Origin: an uncultured Chloroflexia bacterium
Lineage (GTDB): Bacteria > Chloroflexota > Limnocylindria > Limnocylindrales > CSP1-4
DNA length: 64,000 bases
Assembly: GCA_963743855.1 (NCBI GenBank)
Contig: CAVURK010000008.1
Location: 201,407-265,406 of the forward strand
Reading direction: 5' to 3'
Positions 55,186 to 64,000 of the stretch are shown piece after piece. A program made the position numbers and the translations under genes. Under the pieces are notes generated by a model. The model was not told where the DNA came from and ran no database searches. It saw nothing but the letters and a program-made list of their open reading frames with translations. Positions within the stretch are counted from its first letter, which is position 1. Each line of letters begins with the position of its first letter.

Positions 55186-57147
55186 GTGAGAGTGTCCATT
55201 CAGCGCGCCGCCGTCGCGGCTGTCGCCGGGCTGTTGATCGCCGGCCTGGCCGGCGGGACGGTCAGCGCCGCATCGAGCGGCCGGGCGACGATGAGCGGCC
55301 AGGTTCCCTCGTGGGCCAAGGCGGCCAACTTCAAGTCCGGCCACGGCCAAGACCGACCGGCTCGGTTTCCGGGTCTACCTCGGCTGGTCGGATCAGGCCG
55401 GCGCCGAAGCGGTCGCAGCGGCCGTGTCCAATCCGAAGAGCGCCTCGTACGGCAAGTACCTCACCCCGGCCCAGTTCCGGTCGCGCTTCAGCCCGACCCA
55501 GGCCCAGGCCAATGCCGTCCAGAGCCTGGCTGCGCAGCCAGGGCTTCACCATCGACTACACGCCGTCGAACCGGTTGTACGTCGCCGCCGAGGGCACCGT
55601 CGCCCAGGCCGCCGCGGCCTTCAAGGTGTCGTTCGGGAACTACCGCGTGGATGGGCTGACGCTCCGCTCGCCGAAGAGCGCGCGTCAGCATCCCGGCCAG
55701 CCTTGCCGGGACGGTCCAGGCCGTCGCCGGGCTCGATGAGAGCGCCGCCCTGGTGCGGCCGACCACCAAGCCCGCCGCGCCGCCGCCGGCCGTCTTCGTG
55801 AACGGGACGCCGTGCTCGACGTACTGGGATCAGATCGACACGAGCACGCCCGCCAACGGGACCGCGCTGCCGAACATCTATGGCACGCCCGACGCCCTAC
55901 GCTCCGTGCGGCTACACCCCGCAGCAGGTTCGCGGCGCCTATGGCGTGCCCAGCGCGCTCACCGGCAAGGGCGTGACGGTCGCGATCGTCGACGCGTACG
56001 CCTCGCCGACGATCGTCAACGACGTCCAGACCTGGTCGACGAACCGGGGCATCGCCCCGTTCAAGCCCGACCAGTTCAGCCAGATCGTCGCCCCCGGGAC
56101 GCATCAACCGGCCCCAGAACAAGAAGCAGGATCCGCAGGGCTGGTCCGGCGAGGAGACCCTCGACATCGAGGCCGTCCACGGCATGGCACCCGATGCCAA
56201 GGTCGTCTACGTCGGCGCCCCGAACAACTACCAGGACCTCGACGCGGCGCTCAACCACGTCGTCAACGACCACGTCGCTGACATCGTGACGAACTCGTAC
56301 GGCTGGGCCGGCGAGGCCATCCCGAACGGCTTCGTCAAGCCGTTCAACGACATCCTCGTCCAGGCCGCGGCCGAAGGGATCGGGGTCTACTTCTCGTCCG
56401 GCGACAGCGGCGACGAGACGGGCGGCGATCCGGCCAATGCGGCCGCCGCCACGCCGACTTCCCGGCATCCGACCCGTGGGTCACCGCGGTCGGCGGGACG
56501 AGCATCGGCATCGACCAGAACAACGCACGATCGCCTCGAGACCGGCTGGGAGTCCGGCACGAGCACGTACACGCGTACACGAACGCGTGGACGCCCGCAC
56601 CTCCGGGCGCCTACCTGTACGGCGGCGGCGGCGGGACGAGCCATCTGTTCGCCCAGCCGTCCTACCAGGCCGGCATCGTGCCGGCATTCGATGTCGCAGG
56701 TCTACGGCGGCAGCGACGATGCGGGTCGTCCCGGACGTCTCGGCCTTCGGCGATCCGAACACCGGCTTCCTGATCGGCCAGACCCAGACGTTCCCCGACG
56801 GGAGCGCCAAGTACTCCGAGTATCGGATCGGTGGCACGAGCCTCTCGTCGCCGATCTTCGCCGGCTGATGGCCGACCTCCAGCAGCTGAGGGGTGACATC
56901 GGCTTCGCCAATCCGATGCTCTAGCAGCCTTCGGCAACGCCTCGGCGCTACCACGACATCCACCCATGTCGCCAACGCGGGGGTCGTGCGATCCAACTTC
57001 GTCAACTCGGTCGATGCCAGTGACGGCTACGCGTACATCTTCCGGTCGTTCGACTTCACGACCGGGCTGACGATCCACACCGTCCCGGGCTACGACAACG
57101 TCACCGGCCGCGGGACCGTCAACGGAGTCAACTTCTTCCAGCCATAG
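55186..57147 (+). pseudogene. secreted S53 (sedolisin/kumamolisin-like) peptidase with an activation domain; heavily frame-slipped
   Basis: AGGAGG at 55171. Signal peptide AAVAAVAGLLIAGLAGGTVSAAS. The pro-domain pieces read SASYGKYLTPAQFRSRFSP and WLRSQGFTIDY. Catalytic-domain pieces read CGYTPQQVRGAYGV, VAIVDAY, EETLDIEAVHGMAP, VYFSSGDSGD and YRIGGTSLSSPIFAG. At least 12 slips. Confidence 0.7.
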
Positions 57148-57173
57148 CCGATCCGTCCCGACGGGCAACCACA

Positions 57174-57202
57174 GAGAGCCGGGCCTTACCAGCCCGGCTC
57201 TC
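57174..57202 (+). terminator. strong hairpin GAGAGCCGGGC-cttacca-GCCCGGCTCTC
   Basis: 11-bp perfect stem, 27 nt after the S53 stop. No clear U-tract. Confidence 0.5.
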
Positions 57203-57255
57203 CTGCTGCCCGGCCGCGGGCGCGGGCGACCGCCGGCGCGTGCTGGACCGGTTCC

Positions 57256-57993
57256 GTGTCCGCGAGTATCGTGCTACCTGTGAGTAGCATCTTGACGCCG
57301 CCGTGGGTCATGCGCATGCGCTGGGTCGACCTGCTGTTCGCGCACTGGCCGATCCCGGTCGAGACGCTCCGGCCGCTCGTCCCGCCCGCCCTCGAGCTCG
57401 ACACCTTCGACGGCCAGGCGTGGCTCGGGATCGTGCCCTTCCGGATGGAGGACGTCGCTCCGCGGTTCCTGCCGGCCGTGCCGGGACTCGGCGCGTTCCC
57501 CGAGCTCAACGTCCGGACCTACGTGCGTCGCGGGCGGCGGCGCGGCGTCTGGTTCCTGAGCCTCGACGCGGCCAGCCGGCCCGCGGTCGAAGGCGCCCGC
57601 GCCGCCTTCCATCTCCCGTATTTCCGGGCACGGATGTCGTCCGGGACCGAGGCCGGCTGGGTGGAGTACCGCTCCGAGCGGCTGGACCCGCGCGGACCGG
57701 CCGCGCGCTTCGAGGGCCGCTATCGGCCGATCGGGCCGGTCCAGCCAGCGGCGCCAGGTTCACTGGCCGCCTTCCTGACCGACCGTCGCGGTCTGTACGC
57801 CGCGGACTCGAGGGGCGCGTTGTCATGGACGGCGATCCGGCACGACCCGTGGCCGCTCCAGCCCGCCGAGGCCGAGATCGATGTCGAGACGATGGCCGCC
57901 GCCCACGGGATCCAGCTGCCCGCCGTCCCGCCGCTGCTCCATTTCACGAAGCGCCTCGATGTCGTCGCCTGGTGGCCACGGCCGGTCCGCTGA
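57256..57993 (+). CDS. DUF2071/YqjF-like protein
   Basis: Intact. Reads PPWVMRMRWVDLLFAHWP...AWLGIVPFRM...FPELNVRTYV. An alternative leaderless start is GTG 57280, 7 nt after TATCGT (57267-57272). Confidence 0.65.
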   Translation: MSASIVLPVSSILTPPWVMRMRWVDLLFAHWPIPVETLRPLVPPALELDTFDGQAWLGIVPFRMEDVAPRFLPAVPGLGAFPELNVRTYVRRGRRRGVWFLSLDAASRPAVEGARAAFHLPYFRARMSSGTEAGWVEYRSERLDPRGPAARFEGRYRPIGPVQPAAPGSLAAFLTDRRGLYAADSRGALSWTAIRHDPWPLQPAEAEIDVETMAAAHGIQLPAVPPLLHFTKRLDVVAWWPRPVR

Positions 57994-58030
57994 GGATCGC
58001 GCCCGCCGTCGAGCGCGGTGTGGCGTTGCC

Positions 58031-59809
58031 CTAGGCGGAGCGCGGGCGGCCCTGGAGTCGCGGCACGAGCTCGGTCAGCTCCGACGACACGTCGACCGGC
58101 CGCGCGCCGAGGCGCGCGAGCAGCGCGAAGACCGCCGTCGCGATCCTCGTGGCACATCAGGAGCACGATCACGCGCGCCGCATCGGGGCGTCCGCCGTGG
58201 GCGCCGGCTCCGGCCGCCCCGTTGAGCTCGGCCTGGAGCGCCTCGGTCTCCGAGTCGTAGATCGGGACGTCGACGGGCGACGCCGCCACCGGCCACGACC
58301 CCGACCATCAGCTCGCCGACGACCGATTCCGCGGTCCGGCCGCGCAGGTACTTGAGGGTCTGCTTGATGGCGACCCGTTGCGCCCGCTCTGCGGCGATCC
58401 GGCCGATGCCACGCAGCGTGTCGTCGGGCCGGTCGCCGGCCGTCCCGATGATCGCGGTGATCGGCGCCGCCCGGCCGGCGGCGCCCGCGGCGATCCCCTG
58501 GGCGACGTCGAGGACGGCCGCCGACGCCCGCCTCGTTGTGGGCGAAGTCGACGATCACGACCTTGGCCCCGATGCGATAGAGGTTGAGCCGCCCGGGCGA
58601 CCGTTCGGCGCTCGGCGCGAAGTCGACCAGGCCGTCGCGGACCTGCTCGATCGTGGCGCCCAGGCCGCGCGCCCCGCCGGCGGCCGCGAGCGCGTTGGCC
58701 ACGTTGTGGCGGGCCAGCCCGCCGATCGTGATCGGGACGCGCGGCGACGTCGACGATCGGCGGTCTCGGTCGTCGCCGTTCGCCTCGACGATGACGCCCT
58801 CGCGCACGAGGTAGGCGCGCCCGCCGCGCTCGCGATGCCGCCGAACGACGGCCGACGCCTCGCCCTCGAGCGTGAACAGGGCGACCGGCGCCCTGACCCG
58901 CCGGGCCACCGCCGCGACGAGCGGGTCGTCGGCGTTGAGCACGACCCAGCCGTCGGGCTCGCGTGATCCGGCAGATCGTCGACTTGACCTCGGCCAGCTC
59001 GGGCAGGGTGTGGATCCCCTGCAGGTCGAGGTGGTCGGATGACACGTTGGTCAGCACGCTCGCGTCGTTCGACTCGTAGCCGACACCGCGCAGGACGATC
59101 CCGCCGCGCGCCGTCTCGAGGACGGCGACGTCGATGTCGCTGCGGGCGAGGATCTGGTGCGGCGCCGCCGGGACCGGTCCAGTCGCCCGGCTCGACCATC
59201 CGCTCGTCGACGAGGACCCCGTCCGAGGTGGTCGTGCCGACATGGCGCCCGGCACGCAGCAGGACGTGGGTGATCAGCCGGGTGACGGTGCTCTTGCCGT
59301 TGGTCCCGCGAGATCGACACGATCGGGACGCGGCCGATCGGCGTCGCGCAGCCACTCGGGCGGCGTCGCGCGCGCCGCCGGCGATCCGTTCGGTCCAGCG
59401 GGCGAGGAGCCGCTCCTGGGCGCCGGTCAGCCGGGCGGTCCGCGACGGCGAGACGTCGCGCTCGGCGAGCGCGAGCGCGGCCTCGGTGAGGGTCAGCGCG
59501 CGCTCGGCACCGACCCACGGGAAGGTCACGATCCAGTGGCCCGGGTCGGACGAGCGATGGACGGCCAGGCCGCCGCGCCCTCGCCATGGTCGGCGCGCAG
59601 GCGGCGGATCCAGGCCGACGGTCGCGGCCACGCCGTCGGGCCAGTCGCGGGTCGGCACCGCGGCGCCCGAGATGGACGAGCGCGTGGCGACCGGGATCGC
59701 GCTGCCCGTACCAGGTCCGCCGCCGGCCGATGGCGACCTCGAGCTTGACCACCGGCTCGAGCCGGTAGACGTTCGGGCCTTCGAGGAGGCGGGTCTCGAC
59801 CAGACGCAC
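58031..59809 (-). pseudogene. cyanophycin-synthetase-like protein with an N domain plus a Mur-ligase-like domain but no ATP-grasp domain; heavily frame-slipped
   Basis: GTG 59809. Reads VRLVETRLLEGPNVYRLEPVVKLEV. The P-loop IVSIS-GTNGKSTVTRL comes ~168 codons in. Then TTTSDGVLVD, DVAVLETARGGIVLRGVGY, LTNVSSDHLDLQG, LNADDPLV, ITIGGLARHNVANALAA, PGRLNLY, VIVDFAHNE and GTAGDRPDD. It ends LQGRPRSA. At least 8 slips. Confidence 0.65.
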
Positions 59810-59818
59810 GGTCCGGGC

Positions 59819-59824
59819 AGGATA
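59819..59824 (-). promoter_or_regulatory. -10-like TATCCT, 9 nt before GTG 59809 (leaderless layout)
   Basis: It lies in the 43-bp divergent spacer. Confidence 0.3.
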
Positions 59825-59840
59825 GCAAGGTGCCAGCCGC

Positions 59841-59846
59841 TAGACT
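59841..59846 (+). promoter_or_regulatory. -10-like TAGACT, 6 nt before ATG 59853 (leaderless layout)
   Basis: It lies in the 43-bp divergent spacer. Confidence 0.3.
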
Positions 59847-59852
59847 GGGCCG

Positions 59853-61129
59853 ATGACCGGCTCGACCGAGACGCTCCCGATCCCGTCGGCCGCCGAGCTC
59901 GACGCACTGCGCAGCGGTGGTCGGTGCCGACCTCCCGGCCTACCTGGTCGACCTGGCGCGCCTCGTCAACATCGACTGCGGGAGCTACACGCCGGCCGGC
60001 GTCGACGCGGTCGGGCGCTGGGTGGCGGCATTCCTCGCCGACCTGGGCGCCGAGGTCGAGCACCGGCCCGACCCCGACGGCCGCCTGGGCGACACGCTGC
60101 GTCGCCACCTTCCACGGCCGGGCGGATGGCCCGCGCATCCTGCTGATCGGCCACATGGACACGGTCTTCGATCCGGGCACCGCCGCCGAGCGACCGTTCC
60201 GCATCGACGACGGCATCGCCTACGGCCCGGGCGTCACCGACATGAAGGCCGGCCTGCTGGCCGGCCTGCTACGCGCTCAAGGCGATCATCGACGAGCGCG
60301 GCGGCGCTGCCGTTCGAGCGGCTCGTCTTCGTCGCCAATCCGGACGAGGAGATCGGCTCGCCGAGCTCGACCCCGCACATCCGCGAGGTGGCAGCCGACA
60401 GCGACGTCGCGCTCGTGCTCGAATGCGCGCGCGCCAACGGCGACATCGTGTCGGCCCGCAAGGGGATCCTCGACCTGCGGATCGTCGTCCACGGGCGCGC
60501 CGCGCATGCCGGGGTCGAGCCGGAGAAGGGTCGCAGCGCGATCCTCGAGGCGACCCGGATCGTCCGCGAGCTCCACGACGCTCAACGGCCGCTGGCCGGA
60601 CGTGACCGTCAATGTCGGCGTGATCGCCGGCGGGACGCGACCCGAACGTCGTCGCCGAGCGCTGCTCGCTCGAGGTCGACCTCCGGGCCACGACACGCGA
60701 CGCGCTCGAGATGGCCGAGGCCGAGATCCGGCGCATCGCCGAGGCGACCGAGGTCGCCCGACACGACCGTCAGCTACGAGCCGATGGCCCGCTGGTGGCC
60801 GATGGAGAAGCTCGAGCGGAGCGGCCGGCTGGTCGAGCACGCCCAGGCTGTCGCCGAGCGCGCTCGGCTTCGAGATCGCCGATGCCTCGACCGGCGGCGC
60901 GTCCGACGCGAACACGACCGCCGGGCTGGGGATCCCGAGCCTCGACGGCCTCGGTCCGATCGGCGGCAACGACCATTCGCCGACCGAGTATCTCGACGTC
61001 GACTCGATCGTGCCGCGGACGACGCTGCTGGCCGGGCTGCTGCTGGCGATCGCGGGCGACCCAGAGGTCGCGGCCTGGCGGGCGGGAGCGGACGGAGCAG
61101 ACCTCGCCGACGATGCCGCGGCCCGATGA
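59853..61129 (+). pseudogene. M20-family metallopeptidase (carboxypeptidase G2-like); eight +1 slips
   Basis: Pieces read LVNIDCGSYTP, ILLIGHMDTVF, GPGVTDMKAG, VANPDEEIGSP, GILDLRIVVHGRAAHAG, VNVGVIAGGTRPN, GGASDANTT and GPIGGNDHSPTEY. Frames step 0-1-2-0-1-2-0-1-2. Confidence 0.7.
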
Positions 61130-61151
61130 CCGACCCGGCCTCGAGCCGAGG

Positions 61152-61545
61152 ATGACCGAGCGCCGGCGGATCTCGTCGGGCGGACCGTGGGAATCGGTCG
61201 GTAGGCTACAGCCGGGCGATCGTCGTCGGCGACTCGTGCTGGGTCGCGGGGACGACCGACGCCGGGCCCGACGGCCGGTCGCTCCACCCCGGCGACATCG
61301 CCGCCCAGGCGCGGGCGATCCTCGCGATCATCGAACGGGCGCTCGCCGACGCCGGGTTCGGCCTCGCCGACGTCGTCCGGACCCGGATGTTCGTGACCGA
61401 CATCGGCGCGCGTCGGACGAGGTCATCGCGGTCCACGGCGAGGTCTTCGGGGCGATCCGACCGGCCGCCACGCTGGTCGAGGTCAGCGCCCTGATCGACC
61501 CGAGCCTGCTGGTCGAGATCGAGGCCGAGGCGCGTCCGGAGCTGA
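61152..61545 (+). pseudogene. RidA/YjgF-family protein; frame-slipped; 3' end uncertain
   Basis: MTERRRISSGGPWESV in frame 0. GYSRAIVVGDSCWVAGTTD...VVRTRMFVTD in frame 1. ATLVEVSALIDPSLLVEIEAEA in frame 0. Without a further slip the frame runs on to 61649. Confidence 0.55.
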
Positions 61546-61548
61546 TCG

Positions 61549-61896
61549 TCAGGCGGGGATCTCGGCCAGGCCGGCCGCCCGCGCGACGGCCACGATGGCC
61601 ACCGCCGCGACGAGCCCGAGGAGCAGGTTGCGCCGCCGCGCGACGATGACGAGGCAGACGAAGACCGCCACCCACTCGATGCCGACGTGGAACGCCGGGA
61701 CGTCGTCGTCGCCGACGATCGACCATCACGCTGACCGCGGCGAGCGCGGCGAGGACGGCCGGCCCGACCAGCTGCAGGTAGTCGAGCGCGACCGCGCGGC
61801 AGCCGGTCGAGGCCCGGCGTGCAGCAGCCCGAGCGCGCGCGACGGGTAGGTCACCGCGAACATCAGGACGGCCAGCACGACGAGGTCCGTGCTCAT
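61549..61896 (-). pseudogene. azlD: branched-chain amino acid exporter small subunit AzlD-like; frame-slipped
   Basis: Starts MSTDLVVLAVLMFAVTYPSRALGLL. It ends ...VAAVAIVAVARAAGLAEIPA. Its ATG overlaps the azlC stop. Confidence 0.5.
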
Positions 61897-62750
61897 CGGT
61901 CGTCGGTCTCGTCGGCGGGATCGGCGGTCCGCGGTCTCGTCGTGACGCGCGGCGGCCTCGGCCAGCTGCATGCCCGGCATGCGGACAGGTCGGCGACGTG
62001 CCCGAGTCGGCGCGTCTCGTGCGCGACCGTCGCCGGGACGAGCAGGCCGACCAGCGGCCCGAGCACGCCGCCCGTCACGATCCCGATGGCCGGACTGGTC
62101 AGCGAGCGCGACCGCGACCGCCACGATGCCGCCGACGATCGCGGCGACCAGCTCGCGCCGCCCGGTGATCAGCCCGACCGCCAGCCCGATCATCGCGGCC
62201 GGGAAGATGACGTCGATCCCGAACCGCGCCGGGTCCGGGATCTGGCCGCCGAGCAGGACGCCGGCCAGGGTGGCGAGGTTCCACGGGATGAACGTCGAGC
62301 CGATCGCGGCGATCCAGTAGCCGCGCTCGTCCGGTCCGGCCGATCCGCCGGAAGTGGGCGATCGACAGCGCGAACGCCTCGTCGGTCAGGAGGTGCGCCA
62401 TCACCGCCCGGCGCGCGAACGGGACCGGCCGCGAGCCACGGCGCCGAGCGCCGCCGAGTAGAGCAGGTGGCGGGCGTTGAGCAGCGCCGGTCAGCAGGAT
62501 CGATCGCCGGGCCAGGCGAGCCCGCTCGCGACGTACCCGACGGCCGCGAACTGGGCGGCACCGGCGAAGACGATGACGCTCATCGCCATCGCCTCGACCG
62601 GCGAGAAGCCCGCCTCGCGCGCCGACAGGCCGTAGACGAAGCCGAACCCGATCGCCGAGACCGCGATCCCGACGCCGTCGGTGATGAGCCGGCGCCGGCT
62701 CGCCCGAGCGGTCGTCGGCGTCGGGCGTCGGCGCTGCGACGGTCCGTCAC
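61893..62750 (-). pseudogene. azlC: AzlC-family branched-chain amino acid permease subunit; frame-slipped
   Basis: Pieces read GIAVSAIGFGFVYGLSAREAGFSPVEAMAMSVIVFAGAAQFAAVG, LLNARHLLYSAAL, MAHLLTDEAFALSIAHFRR and IFPAAMIGLAVGLI. At least 5 slips. The start is approximate. Confidence 0.55.
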
Positions 62751-62782
62751 GGACGCGCCCTCGGGCTGGCTCGCGTCGGGCG

Positions 62783-63058
62783 TCAGCGCAGGAAGGTCTT
62801 GCCGCAGGTCCCGTCGCAGACGACGTAGACGGCGTGCTTCTCGGCCGCGTAGCCGGCCACGTGGAGGAGGCCCGGGCAGCCCACGGTCGGGCACTTCCAG
62901 ACCCACGAGCGATCGTCGGCGTCGAGCGGCGTGGTCTCGGCCGCGAGCGTGCGCGGCGAGACCGTCGCGTGCGGCGACGAGGCGCGGCGATCGCCGCCGA
63001 CCGCTCGGCCTCGGTCTCGCTCGTGTACGGGTAGTTCTGGCTGATGTTCGAGCGTCAC
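62783..63058 (-). CDS. small Cys-rich (zinc-ribbon-like) protein downstream of ggt
   Basis: The C-terminus reads WVWKCPTVGCPGLLHVAGYAAEKHAVYVVCDGTCGKTFLR. The N-terminal half has odd composition, so its frame and start are uncertain. Confidence 0.4.
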   Translation of the reverse strand: MTLEHQPELPVHERDRGRAVGGDRRASSPHATVSPRTLAAETTPLDADDRSWVWKCPTVGCPGLLHVAGYAAEKHAVYVVCDGTCGKTFLR

Positions 63059-63167
63059 GGGTCGCTCCGCGCTGCGGGGATCGGCCGGCGGGACCGGTGG
63101 CGGCGTCGTGTGAGCGCAGCCCGCCACCGGCGGCGCGAGTATCGCACAGGGGCCGGTGCCGACGGCG

Positions 63168-64000
63168 TCACCAGACCGCCGGGCAGACCCGTCGCTGCGC
63201 GGGTCGGTCGCGGCCGCGAGCGAGCCGTCCGGGGCGGCCGGTCCGCCATCGACGAGCTCGATCGCGTGCTCGTGGCCGAGGCGCGCTGTCGAACGGCGTC
63301 GGTGAGCGACGACCGGGTGGCCGAGCGCCTCGAGCGCCGTCGGCCGACACCCGGCGCGAAACGCGGCTCGAGGCGGACCGTCGACCGGCGGCTCGAAGTG
63401 AGCGGCCGGCTCGACGAACCAGCGCGGCGCGGCGACCGCGGTCCGCACGTCGACGCGCGCCGTCGACCAGCGCCGAGACGAGCTGGGCGTGGATCTGCGG
63501 CTGGGCATCGCCGCCCATCGATCCGGCCACGACCCACGGCGCGCCACGCCGTCACGGAACAGCATCCCGGGGAGCAGCGTGTGGAGCGTCCGCTTGCCCG
63601 GCTCGAGGACGTTGGGATGGTCGTCGTCGAGGCTGAAGTAGCTGCCCCGGTTCTGGTAGAGGATCGCCGGTGTCGGGGTCGACGACGCCCGACCCGAAGT
63701 CCGCGTAGTTGCGACTCGATCAGGCTGACCGCGTTCCCGTCGCCGTCGACGGCCGCGAGATAGATCGTCCCGCCACCCGCGCGGGTTCGTCGCGGCGACC
63801 GGGCGGGCGGCGCGATCGCGGGTCGATCCGGGCCGGCGAGCGTCGGCCGCGTAGCCGGGGTCGAGTCAGCTGGGCGACCGGGACGTCGCGGAAGCCCGGG
63901 TCGGTCAGGTGCGCGTCGCGGTCGGCCATGGCCAGCTTGGCCGCCTCGATGCCGAGGTGGATCCAGGCCGGGTCGGTGCACGCCGTCGGGCCCGAACGCC
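63168..64000 (-). pseudogene. ggt: gamma-glutamyltransferase; 5' part outside the window; frame-slipped
   Basis: Pieces read GGGTIYLAAVDGDGNAVSLIES (Thr nucleophile region), LEPGKRTLHTLLPGMLF, AGSMGGDAQPQIHAQL and AATDPRSDG. At least 5 slips. Confidence 0.65.

Overview
Very GC-rich bacterial chromosomal segment (third codon positions are almost all G/C). Gene content looks actinobacterial, and many genes look leaderless. All product calls come from reading the supplied translations and the DNA by eye; no searches were run.

I place about 52 protein-coding loci. I see no rRNA, tRNA, CRISPR array, transposase or integrase.

Gene order:
- 1-14287: purine-to-glyoxylate catabolism. Contains guanine deaminase, a three-subunit xanthine dehydrogenase, OHCU decarboxylase, uricase, HIU hydrolase, a hydantoinase-type cyclic amidohydrolase and malate synthase. 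A degenerate GGDEF protein, an S41 lipoprotein and small unknowns are interleaved.
- 14353-15639: an orphan 428-aa protein with a PD-(D/E)xK-like motif, followed by a secreted S8 protease.
- 18269-22926: an NHEJ pair, Ku and three-domain LigD, split by an SDR gene.
- 22959-36108: an accessory-looking stretch. Contains an Eis-like GNAT, an orphan Cys/His protein, NUDIX genes, a secreted clan-CD-like protein, a DUF255 thioredoxin-fold protein, a NUDIX-MBL fusion, MUG, TatA, an HDAC-GNAT fusion and DoxX.
- 36318-41714: the lhr-nei pair.
- 41756-44868: a class II amidotransferase, an MFS transporter and a GT87-like membrane protein.
- 44980-51213: pyruvate:ferredoxin oxidoreductase with a DHOD-like partner and a divergent flavodoxin, followed by a VIT1/CCC1-family membrane protein.
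- 51309-61545: a cyanophycin island. Contains cyanophycinase, CphA, an S53 peptidase, a CphA paralog that lacks the ATP-grasp module, an M20 peptidase and RidA.
- 61549-64000: azlCD, a small zinc-ribbon protein and a partial gamma-glutamyltransferase.

Main caveat: roughly half the genes are broken by single-base frame slips. Almost all slips are +1. They fall in patches that cut across gene boundaries, which looks more like consensus error than real gene decay.

Most interesting biology: the ATP-grasp-less CphA paralog and its neighbourhood, the orphan nuclease-like gene, the HDAC-GNAT and NUDIX-MBL fusions, and the missing allantoate steps in the purine island.
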